A stretch of 64,000 nt of DNA from Microcoleus sp. (GTDB lineage: Bacteria > Cyanobacteriota > Cyanobacteriia > Cyanobacteriales > Microcoleaceae), in assembly GCA_042408215.1 (NCBI GenBank), contig JAYFMW010000017.1, forward strand, positions 1 through 64,000. The letters are read 5' to 3'. Within the stretch, counting starts at the first letter, position 1, and every line of letters starts with the position of its first letter. Of the stretch, positions 41,948-52,192 are shown piece by piece. Position numbers and translations under genes: made by a program. The notes beneath the pieces were generated by a model, which did not search any database, was not told the origin of the DNA, and was given only the letters and a program-made list of their open reading frames with translations.

Positions 41948-44380
41948 ATGATCGCAAAAGCAATCCTCGCCATCGCGCCCTACATATTGGAAGTGCTCTC
42001 ACCCATCGCTAGAAACATCGGCTACAAAGTCGGAGAAGCCTTCGGCAATAAATCTCAAAAGTACCGAGATATCCTGATTCCCGATCCCAATAATTCATCA
42101 GATTCGACTGAGATAGAGCAAGCAAAACAGCGTTATTCCCAAGAAATGCTGGAATACGCGAAAGCGAAAGATGCCAGAGATAACGAATTGTTAAAGCTGA
42201 CAATAGCACAAACGGCACGTCGCATTGAGTTGCAGGAACAGGAACAGCAAGATAGACTAAATCTGGCCGCCTTGCAGCGGGATTTGATGCGGGAATTGCC
42301 AGCGAAGGATATTCAGAATTCCCAAGAAATGCTCGAATACGCGAAAGCGAAAAATGTCAGAGATAACGAATTGTTAAAGCTGACATTAGCACAAACAGCA
42401 CGTCGCATTGAGTTGCAGGAACAGCAACAGCAAGATAGACTAAATCTGGCCGCCTTGCAGCGGGATTTGATGCGGGAATTGCAAGCAAAGGATATTCAGA
42501 TAAAGCTGACTGAAATTCAAACAATTTGGGATAAAGATACTTGGTTTTCTAAGTTGAATCGAGAGGAAACTAAGCAGATTTTACTTGAGCAGCAACATCG
42601 CCTCTTAATCTTACTATCACCGCCCAAAATTAGCAAGCGATGCCCGGAAACTTTCTGTGAAGATTTGCCAATTGAGATCAGAAGTGTGGGAGATTTTCTC
42701 AGACAGCATTATCCTCAACAGGATGTCTTACGCCCAGTTAAGTTTTATAGCGACTATTTCACTGAGTCGATTGGTGATATTGATGTGGAACGCTTGCAGC
42801 GAATTTTATCTCCGGTTCCGACTACAATTTTATATAGCGATATCAGCGATTATGCCGTAACTTTTCGCGTCGGCTTTTGGGGATTCCTGAATAATCAGGA
42901 AGTCTCCCTGTTTTCTACCAAAGTTTTTGACTGGGAAGAGGCAAAAGATGCACTTTTAGCATCTGGGATAAGTGAGAAAAAAGCCCTCCGCATGATTCGG
43001 CAGTTGATTGTGGCGATTCACAAGTTGCTGGCGGGATTTTTAGCAGATTTGTATTATCTGAATATTGACCCCTGCTATGAACCTCAGTTGTTTAATTTAA
43101 AGGATGAATTGGCTGAAGATGGGTTGGCAGAAGAATGGGTGAAACCTTATTTTGATATTCTTCAGGATATTCAGCGGCGACAGGGAGAACAGTATGAAGA
43201 GGAGTTGAAAAAGCTGATTGAGCAAGTAGAAGCGGAACGTCTATCTCAAGCATCTGCCAAAGCTGAAGCACAACATAAACAACCAATAGAAAAAGCTGCC
43301 AAAGCTGAAGCAAAAAGCAGACAAGAAATACAAGAAGCATCTGCCAAAGCTGAAGCCCAACGCCAACAACAAATAGAAAAAGCTGCCAAAGCTGAAGCAC
43401 AACGCAAACAACAAATACAAGAAGCGTCTGCCAAAGCTGAAGCACAACGCCAACAACAAATAGAAGAAAAATTCCTGAGAAAATCTCACTCTTTCAAATG
43501 TGTAAAAACTCTTAATGGCGTATGTGTTTCATCTGTTGACTGCGTAGTTATTAGTCCAGACGGCAAGACTTTTGCTAGTAACAGCAGTGCCAATTTCAGC
43601 CAACTTTGGAATCTCCATACAGGAGAGCTGATTCGTACTTTTTCATGGCATTCAGGTGCGGTTAATTGCGTTGCAATTAACCCTAATGGAACAACTTTAG
43701 CTGGTGGAAGTTATGACCAACAAATTAAGCTGTGGAATCTGGAAACTGGACAAGAAATTAGCAGCATAAAAGGTCACTCATCTTTAATTTGGTCTCTTGC
43801 TTTTAGTCCAGACGGAGAAACTCTTGCTAGTGGCAGTCGAGACAATACTATCAAACTGTGGAATCTGAAAAATGGAGAGGAAATTCGCACTCTCACAGGG
43901 CATTCAGAGTCGGTTTTTTCCGTTGTCATCAGCCCGGATGGAAACACTCTTGCTAGTGGCAGTTATGACCATACAATCAAACTGTGGAATCTGAAAAATG
44001 GAGAGGAAATTCGCACTCTCACAGGCCATTCACAGTCGGTTTATTCTGTCGCCTTCAGCCCGGATGGACAAATTCTTGCTAGTGGTAGTGGAGACAACAC
44101 TATCAAGCTTTGGAATCTGAAAACCGGACAGGAAATTCGCACTCTTACAGGGCATTTACAGTCGATTTTTTCCGTTGTCATCAGCCCGGATGGAGAAATT
44201 CTTGCTAGTGGTAGTGGAGACAACACTATCAAGCTTTGGAATCTGAAAACCGGACAGGAAAATCGCACTCTCACAGGGCATTCAGCCAAGGTTAATTCTG
44301 TCAGTTTTAGCCCGGATGGAAACACTCTGGTTAGTGGCAGTTTTGATGGGAGTATTAAGATTTGGCGGTGTGATGGGTGA
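41948..44380 (+). CDS. WD40 repeat protein with coiled-coil N-terminus
   Basis: About 7 GH...SPDG..LASGS.D.TIKLW repeats; internal 183-bp duplication; AKAEAQ repeats. Confidence 0.93.
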   Translation: MIAKAILAIAPYILEVLSPIARNIGYKVGEAFGNKSQKYRDILIPDPNNSSDSTEIEQAKQRYSQEMLEYAKAKDARDNELLKLTIAQTARRIELQEQEQQDRLNLAALQRDLMRELPAKDIQNSQEMLEYAKAKNVRDNELLKLTLAQTARRIELQEQQQQDRLNLAALQRDLMRELQAKDIQIKLTEIQTIWDKDTWFSKLNREETKQILLEQQHRLLILLSPPKISKRCPETFCEDLPIEIRSVGDFLRQHYPQQDVLRPVKFYSDYFTESIGDIDVERLQRILSPVPTTILYSDISDYAVTFRVGFWGFLNNQEVSLFSTKVFDWEEAKDALLASGISEKKALRMIRQLIVAIHKLLAGFLADLYYLNIDPCYEPQLFNLKDELAEDGLAEEWVKPYFDILQDIQRRQGEQYEEELKKLIEQVEAERLSQASAKAEAQHKQPIEKAAKAEAKSRQEIQEASAKAEAQRQQQIEKAAKAEAQRKQQIQEASAKAEAQRQQQIEEKFLRKSHSFKCVKTLNGVCVSSVDCVVISPDGKTFASNSSANFSQLWNLHTGELIRTFSWHSGAVNCVAINPNGTTLAGGSYDQQIKLWNLETGQEISSIKGHSSLIWSLAFSPDGETLASGSRDNTIKLWNLKNGEEIRTLTGHSESVFSVVISPDGNTLASGSYDHTIKLWNLKNGEEIRTLTGHSQSVYSVAFSPDGQILASGSGDNTIKLWNLKTGQEIRTLTGHLQSIFSVVISPDGEILASGSGDNTIKLWNLKTGQENRTLTGHSAKVNSVSFSPDGNTLVSGSFDGSIKIWRCDG

Positions 44381-44485
44381 AGTAACAGGGAAAGATGAAA
44401 ATTATGGCGCGATTTGCAAGTATGGTTCTACAAAACTTGACTGCGTGAGAAATAAACCTAGAAACACTTAAGGAAGGTAATTCAA

Positions 44486-44827
44486 ATGGCAGAAACAATT
44501 AATTTTGAGCAAGCAGTGTTAGAGAATCTGCGACAGTTGCCAACGGAAAAACAACAAGAAGTGCTCGACTTTGCACAATTCCTCGTGCAAAAAGCGGAAC
44601 AGAAAAAGCAGTTACCCAGCGAAAGTTCTGAGTCTAACATTTCGTCAGCAACCGCACCTACTCTCAAGCTATCACTTAGAGAAATTGCTAGCCTGCCGAT
44701 CGCAGAACGCCATAAAATACTAGCACCATTTATACCTGCCACAGCCGAAGATTTTTTGACCGATATTGAATTAACCGAGTTTTCCGTACTCGATGGCGAA
44801 GACTGGGAGGCTGAGTATGACTGCTAA
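44486..44827 (+). CDS. DUF2281-like antitoxin-type protein
   Basis: LRQLPTEKQQEVLDFAQFL. Confidence 0.75.
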   Translation: MAETINFEQAVLENLRQLPTEKQQEVLDFAQFLVQKAEQKKQLPSESSESNISSATAPTLKLSLREIASLPIAERHKILAPFIPATAEDFLTDIELTEFSVLDGEDWEAEYDC

Positions 44828-44852
44828 CCCAAAACGAGGAGATATCTTGTAG
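44817..44852 (+). pseudogene. Stub of a PemK/MazF toxin
   Basis: MTANPKRGDIL* overlapping the upstream stop. Confidence 0.5.
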
Positions 44853-44863
44853 TAAATCAACTT

Positions 44864-44927
44864 GTAGGGTGCGTCAGAAATTGATTATTTCGATTTCAAC
44901 AGGTTTTCCCGATCTGACGCACCCTAC
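44864..44927. repeat. REP-like element GTAGGGTGCGTCAG...CTGACGCACCCTAC
   Basis: Inverted repeat; related copies near 62491-62555 and 63748-63810. Confidence 0.8.
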
Positions 44928-44968
44928 AGTTTAAAGAAGTCGCGGTTCTGGGTGTTTTTAGATACAAT

Positions 44969-47149
44969 CTAAAAGTTATAAATGATGTTGAAGTAAAGGC
45001 CGGAATCTTGGAGATTGTCTCCTTTATCGCTAATTCCTACCAAAGGAAAAGCGTATTCTACGCGGACGTTCACCCGCTGTATGGGTTCCCAGATTGCCGC
45101 TAAACCCGCACCTGCTAAGAATCTCTGATTGGTTAATTTATTAGGATTGTTGGGTAGGTTCCAGACAGTGCCCGCATCGAAAAACGGAGCTAATTGAAAT
45201 TTGGGATTCCCAGAAGAATCTCGCTGCAAAGTAATCCGATCCTCGATGGAAAATCGGAAGCCGTTGTCGCCAGAACGGACATTTTGTCGGTAGCCCCGCA
45301 AAGATTGTCCGCCGCCGATTACGAATTGCTGGGAAGCCAATAAACTATTAGCTGATAACTGCAAGTCTCCCTGCACAATTAATAAATGTTGGTCGTTCAA
45401 TCGCTGCACTCGCTGCACTTGACCTAGCCAACTCAAAAAGAGCCCGTCTGGATCGGAACCTTCGTTGATTGTTGCATCAAACAAGCTAGTGCCGATCGTG
45501 AATTGCGATCGCAGAGTCCAAGCCCCTTGTCGATCGCGCCGAATATAATCCTGTCCCAGTTTAATTGCACTCGTAGTGCTGACACCTTTGGCGTCGGGGC
45601 CGACACCAAACGGAAAGGGTTCGCCGGCGAGAAAAGTGCGGCCTCTCTGATAGGTAAAACCGGCAGATAGGGCAAATTCTTCGATCGGCGATCGTACTAG
45701 CGGCTGGCGGTAACTAACTTCAAATAAATGGGATTTTCCCGAAATATCAAAACTGTCGAAAGGTGCTTGCACGATACTGTTGCGGTTGGGTGCCGCCCTC
45801 AATTGCAAGGTGCCGTTCATCGCATTTAGGGGGAGGCGGTAGCTGAAATCGAACAAGTCAGAATCGCCGATCGCTCTGTAATAAGCCGCCGCAAGTTCGT
45901 CACCATTTCCTGTAATATTGCGGTGGCGCAAAGTAACTCCCAATCTTTCGGAACCGACGCTCGGAGGCGAGTAATTGTCAAAGCTGAAACTACCTTGAAA
46001 CGGATTAGCTTCCGTGACGCGAACTATCAGAATGCTCTCCCCTTCGCGATCGCCAGCCCGCAAGCTAGCTTCTACATTGTCAAATAAAGGATCGACTCGC
46101 AGCAGCCGGAGTTGATCTTCTAATGAAGCTGTGCTTAAAGGTATTCCGGCACCGAGTCGAAGCCGACTGCGGATGTAACTTTGATGCAATCTCTTAGTTC
46201 CTTCTACCTCAATTCTGGCGAGCTTGCCTTCGATGACTTGAATTTGGACTACCCCTGCGGTGAGAGTTTGGGGCGGCAAGACGGCTCTCGAAGTGATGTA
46301 GCCTCGATTGAGGTAAATTTCGGTAATTTTGTCGGCTACCTGTTTGAGTTCTTCCAGGGTGCTAGAACGCCCCTCTAGTGGCTTGACTAAGGCATTAATT
46401 TCCTCCTGGCTCAGAATTGTGCTGCCAACTACTTGAATTTTCTGAACCGGAATTGCCTCAGAAGGTAGTGGCTGGGGCACTGGCGCAGGTGGCTGGGGCT
46501 TAACTGTTGGTGGCGCTTGGGGAGGTTCCGGTTCTGGCTGCGGGGCTGGTTGTAAAAACCGATCGCGATTTGGATCTGGCCTCGTCGATGGCGGTGGCAG
46601 ATTTTCTGGCCCAGTCTGCCGGTTCTGGGCTAAAAAATCGCAATTTAGCTGATTCTGGCATTTTGGCTCCTTCTCAACCTGTTGTTTTGCTACGAGCAAG
46701 ATGTCCGCACCACAAGCAGTTTCATTGATTGTGGCACAGGCATCTTGGCTGTTCCCGATCGGGCTGCCCGATCCAAGCTGGTTGTGAGATTTTTCACTAT
46801 TCTCAACTAGCTGAGTTAAGTCTGTTGCAGTTTCATCCTGCTGGATTTCCGGTTTTTCAGCACTTACGCAGCTATTGTCTGTCATGCTGAACTTTCCACA
46901 GTATAGTGAAACATCTGTGAGATTCTTCGCTTCGCTCAGAATGACAGAATTAGGTTGAAATGCGTAAGTCCTGTTTTGCAGTGCTAATGGGGAGTGCCCG
47001 GTATCAACCGAGTTGGCCGTGGCGGCGGGCAAATCTGAAAGATCGGAAGTTTGAGATCTAGCTTGATTGGCAGATAAGCAAGCGATCGAGACTGCACTCA
47101 GCAGTGAGACCCCAAACCGAAATATTACAATATTTACAGTGCGACGCAT
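44969..47149 (-). CDS. ShlB/FhaC/HecB (TpsB) outer-membrane transporter
   Basis: POTRA Y..RGYITSRA, IEG; LRGY loop 6; terminal Phe. Confidence 0.92.
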   Translation of the reverse strand: MRRTVNIVIFRFGVSLLSAVSIACLSANQARSQTSDLSDLPAATANSVDTGHSPLALQNRTYAFQPNSVILSEAKNLTDVSLYCGKFSMTDNSCVSAEKPEIQQDETATDLTQLVENSEKSHNQLGSGSPIGNSQDACATINETACGADILLVAKQQVEKEPKCQNQLNCDFLAQNRQTGPENLPPPSTRPDPNRDRFLQPAPQPEPEPPQAPPTVKPQPPAPVPQPLPSEAIPVQKIQVVGSTILSQEEINALVKPLEGRSSTLEELKQVADKITEIYLNRGYITSRAVLPPQTLTAGVVQIQVIEGKLARIEVEGTKRLHQSYIRSRLRLGAGIPLSTASLEDQLRLLRVDPLFDNVEASLRAGDREGESILIVRVTEANPFQGSFSFDNYSPPSVGSERLGVTLRHRNITGNGDELAAAYYRAIGDSDLFDFSYRLPLNAMNGTLQLRAAPNRNSIVQAPFDSFDISGKSHLFEVSYRQPLVRSPIEEFALSAGFTYQRGRTFLAGEPFPFGVGPDAKGVSTTSAIKLGQDYIRRDRQGAWTLRSQFTIGTSLFDATINEGSDPDGLFLSWLGQVQRVQRLNDQHLLIVQGDLQLSANSLLASQQFVIGGGQSLRGYRQNVRSGDNGFRFSIEDRITLQRDSSGNPKFQLAPFFDAGTVWNLPNNPNKLTNQRFLAGAGLAAIWEPIQRVNVRVEYAFPLVGISDKGDNLQDSGLYFNIIYNF
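46859..46972. mobile_element. In-frame 114-bp MITE inside the TpsB gene
   Basis: TIR AG(C/G)ACTTACGCA; internal GATTCTTCGCTTCGCTCAGAATGAC REP motif. Confidence 0.75.
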
Positions 47150-47324
47150 AATTAATATGATCTCTTAAATAAGTCTGTCTGCTGGTTTAACACGCCAGTG
47201 GATCGTTTAGTATTATAAAGATTGACATATTTTATAGTCTAGTCTATATTTATATAAACTAGATAAGTCTTTAAGCTTTATGTACTACAATAATCATACC
47301 CAGTAAAAACCACAATTAAAAGCT

Positions 47325-47990
47325 GTGCAATTAGCAGACCGTCATATTATAAAGCTCCGCAGCCCTAGGTGGGCTGAGCTAGACCTGCTTGCTTTTAAGT
47401 CTAAGAATCTTGACAATCTAGCCAACTATCATATTCGTTAGGCTTTTATTAAAGATGCTGAGTTATTAAACTACTCACAGATGGCGGGTTTGCTTAAAGC
47501 TGAAGACTGTTATAAAGACATCCCAGCTAAAGTGAGTCAACAAGTCCTTCGTAAGTTAGAAACAAACTGGAAGGCGTTCCGATCGGCAATTCAAGCTGAT
47601 CGGAGTAATCCATCTAAGTTTTTAGGTATACCTAAATTACCTAAATACAAAGATCGAGAGAAACGACGTAATCTTCATGTCTCCATTCAAGTTATCAGTA
47701 AGCCTGGACTTAGATTAGGTTGGATTAAATTCTCAAAAACTCATATTAAAGTACCTGTATTACATAGAAATACTTGCGAGGTACGGATTGTTCCCAAGTT
47801 AGATCGCTATGTAATTGAGGTTGTATATGAACAAGAAGAAACTCAACACGAGTTAAATCCCAAGTGGTCTGCGGCCGATATTGGGATAGATAACTTAGCA
47901 GCGTTAACATCCAACAAGCCTGGGTTTATACCAGTTCTTGTTGGACGACCACTAAAAAGTATCAACCAATACTACAAACAAAACATCTAG
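47325..47990 (+). pseudogene. tnpB: TnpB remnant (internal stop, 3' truncated)
   Basis: GTG start MQLADRHII..AFKSKNL; in-frame TAG; PAKVSQQ; DIGIDNL; similar to 11259-12470. Confidence 0.9.
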
Positions 47991-48099
47991 TTTGACTAGA
48001 TTTGACTAGATGTTTTGGAAATCTCAGGAACATCAGCAAAATTGCCGATCAACTCCAAGCGATCGGTGATCGGCTACAATCGGGTTTTCTGTACAGTAC

Positions 48100-48352
48100 G
48101 GGCAGTATATTCACAGTCAGTAACTCAGCCCTAAAGGGACTGAGCTTGTAAGAGAAATCTCTCGCGAGCTATACTGACCAGCTATCGTCTTAACTGACTA
48201 CGTTATTTGAGTCACGACACTCCTTGAATGCGACGCCAGTTTTGGGCTCTGTCGCTAGTGGTTAAACAGTCTTAAAGTCACGCTCGACAGTGCTGCTAGC
48301 CTAAAAAGCTTTTATAACATTGGCGAGGCGAACATTACTCTCGCAAGGGAGA
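48100..48352 (+). ncRNA. HEARO/IscB omega-RNA with 5' guide drawn from the flank
   Basis: TGACCAG, CTACGTT, GACAC..GAATGC..GCCAGT..GCTCTGTCG, TTAAACAG, ACAGTG, AACATTGGCGAGGCGAACATTAC blocks recalled as typical of this scaffold; ends approximate. Confidence 0.8.
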
Positions 48353-48488
48353 TCGAGGCAACCATACCTCACCGGAGGGGCAACCATACCCCTCCAACCC
48401 CGCAAGGGGATTCAAGGCGGTTGAAACCGCCGGGTCGTTTCCCTCTCAGGGCTGAAGCCACTGAGTTTCCCACTTACCGAACTTTTTT
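48116..48488 (+). mobile_element. Non-autonomous IscB-type IS200/IS605 mini-element
   Basis: Starts GTCAGTAACTCAGCCCTAAAGGGACTGAGC, ends with hairpin CTCAGGGCTGAAGCCACTGAG and T-tract followed by ATGAA; no iscB ORF. Confidence 0.8.
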
Positions 48489-50181
48489 ATGAATCTAGAT
48501 TCATCAGTTCTCTCGGATAAACAGCCTTCGGGGCTGCGGACGGTAAGACCGATCGGGGTCTCTGGAGTGCATGGCATTGCGTTTTTAGGCAATAGGTTGT
48601 TCGCTGTCGATCGGAACGAAGGGCTGCTATTGGAGATCGATCGAGAAAGTGACAACACGACTGTTTTGAATCCCGATCAAACGGCTAAGTTTGCGGGTGC
48701 AACTGGGCTGGCTATTTGGGAAGATACCCTTTGGTTTGCACGGGATGAGGATATTTGTTGCTGTCGGGGCGCAATTCAGGGACGGGGCGATCGCTGAACT
48801 GAAACCGGAACACTTTGTTTCGCTTTCTTATCCTGCTGACGGGATTGCTGTTTGGGAATCTACGCTGTATGTGACTTGTCAGAGACTGGGCTATATTCTG
48901 GTTTTTGACTGCAATACGGGCCGGGAGATTACTCGATTGTACGCTCCCGGTATTGGGGTAGAAAATATTACTGTGCGGGATGAAGAAATTTGGGTTTGCG
49001 ACAAGACTGAGCAAACTGTTTATTGTTTGGAGCGGGCCAATGGGGATCTGAAATTTAGCGTGTTAACGCCATTTGAGTACCCCTCTGGCTTGGCTTTTCA
49101 CAAGGATTCTGAAACTGGGGAAGAAGTTCTTTATGTGGCTTATTCGGGCGAGGAACTTTACATCCGGGATGACCCGAATGCGGCCGATCCTTTTCAGTTG
49201 ACCAAGCGCGCTCGCACTTTTGTTCACCCTTTGTATTTTCATTACAATCAGGCCGATGGCTACGCTCTGTCAAATGGTTTTTTGATGGAAATGTCTTATG
49301 TTGAGGAACTCGCTCCTCTCGATGACGTAAAAATCGAAAATTTGGAGTGGCGGATTGCTTTACCGTCGGAAACTCACAGGCAAAAAGTGAGGAAAATTAC
49401 GCCGATTGGGATGCCTTTTACTGAGGAAATTCAGGAGGGGGAACGGGTAGCGGTGTTTAAGTTCGATCGGCTTCACAAGCACGAACGGCGAATTTTTGGC
49501 TGGAAGGCTTTGTTGGAGGTGCGAGCAATTAAGTATCAATTGTCGCCTCGGGATGTGGAAAAGATTCCTAAGCTGTCGCCTGAGTTTGAAGCTAAGTATT
49601 TGGTGGACAATGACAATTTGGCGATGGATACGGAGATTGTGCGATCGGCAGCCAAGGCGGCTATTGGCTCGGAAACTAACATTCTCAGGCAATTGCTGAG
49701 CATTCGCAATTTTGTTTACGACCAACTTGCTTACGGAATTAGACCTCACATTGACACGCCCGATATTGTGCTGCGCCGGGGTATTGGTTCCTGTGGCGAA
49801 TACGTGGGGGTTTTGTTGGCTTTAGCAAGGTTAAACGGGATTGCTTGTCGCACGATTGGGCGCTACAAGTGTCCGGCTTTTGCTGACAGAAAAGGTTTGC
49901 CGCTGGAGCCGGATTTCAATCACGTTTGGCTGGAGTTTTACATTCCGGGTTTTGGCTGGGTACCGATGGAATCGAATCCTGATGACATCCAAGAAAGAGG
50001 CCCTTATCCTTTGCGATTTTTTATGGGTTTGGCCTGGTATCACGTCGAAATTGGCAAGGGAGTTCGGTTTCAAAGTCTCACAAGTGGCGGTGTTCCTTTG
50101 AAGAAGGATGAGGTTTCTGTGGGCACGCTGGCAATTAATCATGTGAGGTTTACAATTTTGTCAGAGTTGCCAGCAGTGTGA
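48489..50181 (+). pseudogene. Transglutaminase-like domain protein with N-terminal beta-propeller, frameshift near 48780
   Basis: N-terminus in ORF 48489-48797, remainder in 48691-50181; GSCGEY, NHVWLE, GWVPME. Confidence 0.8.
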
Positions 50182-50226
50182 AGTCATTGGTCATTAGTCA
50201 TTAGTCATTAGCCATTAGGAGGCGTT

Positions 50227-50367
50227 GTGGAATTTTCTATTGCTAATATTCTGGTTTTGCTGGCCTTTGTACTGCTGGTGACTGTTACTGGTGGCGTCGC
50301 TTATTTGACGGCTCTTGAGTGGCGCGATCGCAGACGGTTAGATGAGGCTAAACGGAAAAAGAAATAG
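50227..50367 (+). CDS. Small single-TM membrane protein, 46 aa
   Basis: AGGAGG RBS + GTG; MEFSIANILVLLAFVLLVTVTGGVAYLTALEWRDRRRLDEAKRKKK; not in the ORF track. Confidence 0.8.
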   Translation: MEFSIANILVLLAFVLLVTVTGGVAYLTALEWRDRRRLDEAKRKKK

Positions 50368-50403
50368 CTATTTGCTATTGACAAATTGCTGCTTTTATGA
50401 TAT

Positions 50404-50437
50404 AGAGCCCCGACTTCTTAAAGAAGTCGGGGCTCTA
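50404..50437. terminator. REP/terminator hairpin between convergent genes
   Basis: AGAGCCCCGACTTCT-TAA-AGAAGTCGGGGCTCT; related hairpin near 39915-39945. Confidence 0.65.
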
Positions 50438-50457
50438 ACTATGTTGACCTACTTATT

Positions 50458-50641
50458 TTGACATACCTCCCCGTCTATCAAGTCCGAGGATTCCTTGACG
50501 CTTCATAGCAACGCGCTCCGCAAGCGGTAGTCTTACCGTCGCTCCACGTCCGTTTAGAGTCTCCCAATGCCCGCGAGGCGACTATCTGTATTCTAGCAAA
50601 AAGCCGTCCTTCTAGGACGGGGCTTGTATCCCAGTTTTTTG
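50458..50641 (-). mobile_element. Non-autonomous IS605-type mini-element with TnpB omega-RNA-like right end
   Basis: On minus strand TTGAC|CAAAAAACTGGGATACAAGCCCCGTCCTAGAAGGACGGC ... GAATCCTCGG...GGGGAGGTATGTCAA; excision restores an in-frame stop for the host gene. Confidence 0.82.
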
Positions 50642-51529
50642 GTCAATTATCCACTCACGAATCAGTTCGTTGATCTCTTCTGGTACTTCGTCGTGGGGAC
50701 AGTGCCCGGCTTTGATGAAGTGTTCTGTTAACTGTGGATAATATTTGCGAAATTTGGCGCTTCTTTCTGTAGAATTCATCCAAGGATCGCCAGAGCCCCA
50801 CAGCATTAGCAGCCCACAAGTTAATTGACTCAGTAATATGTCTATTTTTTCGCCTTGGGGCGTTCTGAATACGGAGGCGAATACTTTGGGAGCACCCCGA
50901 TCGCAGGATGGTTGATAAATTTCCTCTACTAATTGGTCTGTGACGGCGCTTTGGTCGAGATAAACTTTTTCTAGGGTTTTCCGAATTGTCGATCGCCGCC
51001 GCACGTATTGGAACAGTAGAAAACTGGCCCAATCTTGCCGAAAAAGGGCTTTAGCTACCGCAGATATGGCTTTTTGCACTGGTGGGGCTTCGGGTGCGGG
51101 TTGGGGTTCGCTGAAGGGGCCGGCGCTGTTGATTAAGATTAACCCGGCGGCTGACTGGGGACGCTGGGCCGCTGTGCACAAGGCGGCGTAACCTCCGAGG
51201 GAGTTTCCGGCTAATACGGCGGGCCGGCAGATGACTTCGGTAATGAAGTCGTGGAGTTGGTCGCGCCAGAGGTCGCCGCTGTACTGCATTTCGGGTTTTG
51301 CCGATCGCCCGAATCCGATCAGGTCGATCGCCCACACTTCAAAATCTTTACTGAGTCCGCTGATATTTTTGCGCCAGTGGTCTGTGGATGCTCCAAAACC
51401 GTGAATTAACAGCAGCGGAGGGCGTTGGGGATGCCGATCGCCAGATCGAACATAATACACAGAATGGCCCCGCCACTGCCAGTAAGTGCCTGGAATGGGG
51501 GCTGCGGTGATGGCCGGGGTTGTTTGCAT
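50612..51529 (-). CDS. Alpha/beta fold hydrolase
   Basis: IHGFGAS, DLIGFG, GNSLGG, AGHCPHDE. Confidence 0.93.
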   Translation of the reverse strand: MQTTPAITAAPIPGTYWQWRGHSVYYVRSGDRHPQRPPLLLIHGFGASTDHWRKNISGLSKDFEVWAIDLIGFGRSAKPEMQYSGDLWRDQLHDFITEVICRPAVLAGNSLGGYAALCTAAQRPQSAAGLILINSAGPFSEPQPAPEAPPVQKAISAVAKALFRQDWASFLLFQYVRRRSTIRKTLEKVYLDQSAVTDQLVEEIYQPSCDRGAPKVFASVFRTPQGEKIDILLSQLTCGLLMLWGSGDPWMNSTERSAKFRKYYPQLTEHFIKAGHCPHDEVPEEINELIREWIIDQKTGIQAPS

Positions 51530-51632
51530 AATGTAAAGAATTAATTATTTATATTAATTATTGTATCGCGCTGTTTCGATTACTGAAGGAGAGGGTTCCG
51601 TGGGTTCCGGGGGAGAATTTTGATGCTGACAT

Positions 51633-51672
51633 CGGACAACGGACAACGAACAACGGACAACGGACAACGGAC
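51633..51672. repeat. Heptamer STRR (CGGACAA)n
   Basis: 5-6 copies. Confidence 0.85.
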
Positions 51673-52192
51673 TATCAATTTGTCATGAGACGATGACTAT
51701 CCCACCAATGTGGGCCCAAACAGAAGTCGGATTGCGCCATACACCAGGGCATGATGTTTGTGTTTTTTTGGCGGGGAGCGCGAATTCTGGGCCCGGAGGC
51801 GATCTTTGGCGGGCGAGGGATGTTCCCGCGAGGCGATCGGTAAAGGGATCGACTCTTTTATATATATTTCCTAGCCGTTCGAGGTGGGGATCGTTTAGTG
51901 GTCGGGCTGTTGAGGTATCGCAGATGGGCCCTAGAGCTTTGGGATCTGCCAAAAGTAGACACAAAAATTTTGCCCCGGGCGGTGGTTATAAGTAAAATTA
52001 CTGAGAGTGGCTGGGGCGATCTTTCAGAGAGTCGCAGAATATTTTGTGAGGTTATTTGCTGTTCTTAACTGCTTTAATACTCTAAAATATAAGTAGAGCA
52101 GCGCCGCTCAATTAATTAGCATTTTGAATACTAGGGGAGCCAACTATGCAGGGTGTGAAAATTATCCACCTGAAAGTTAGGGAGTTTTCTGA

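Noticed and set aside
51683..51995. Overlapping ORFs on both strands
   Set aside because: No recognisable motif; cannot choose a coding frame.
52020..52190. Possible ncRNA upstream of pmgA
   Set aside because: No recognisable family signature or convincing structure by eye.
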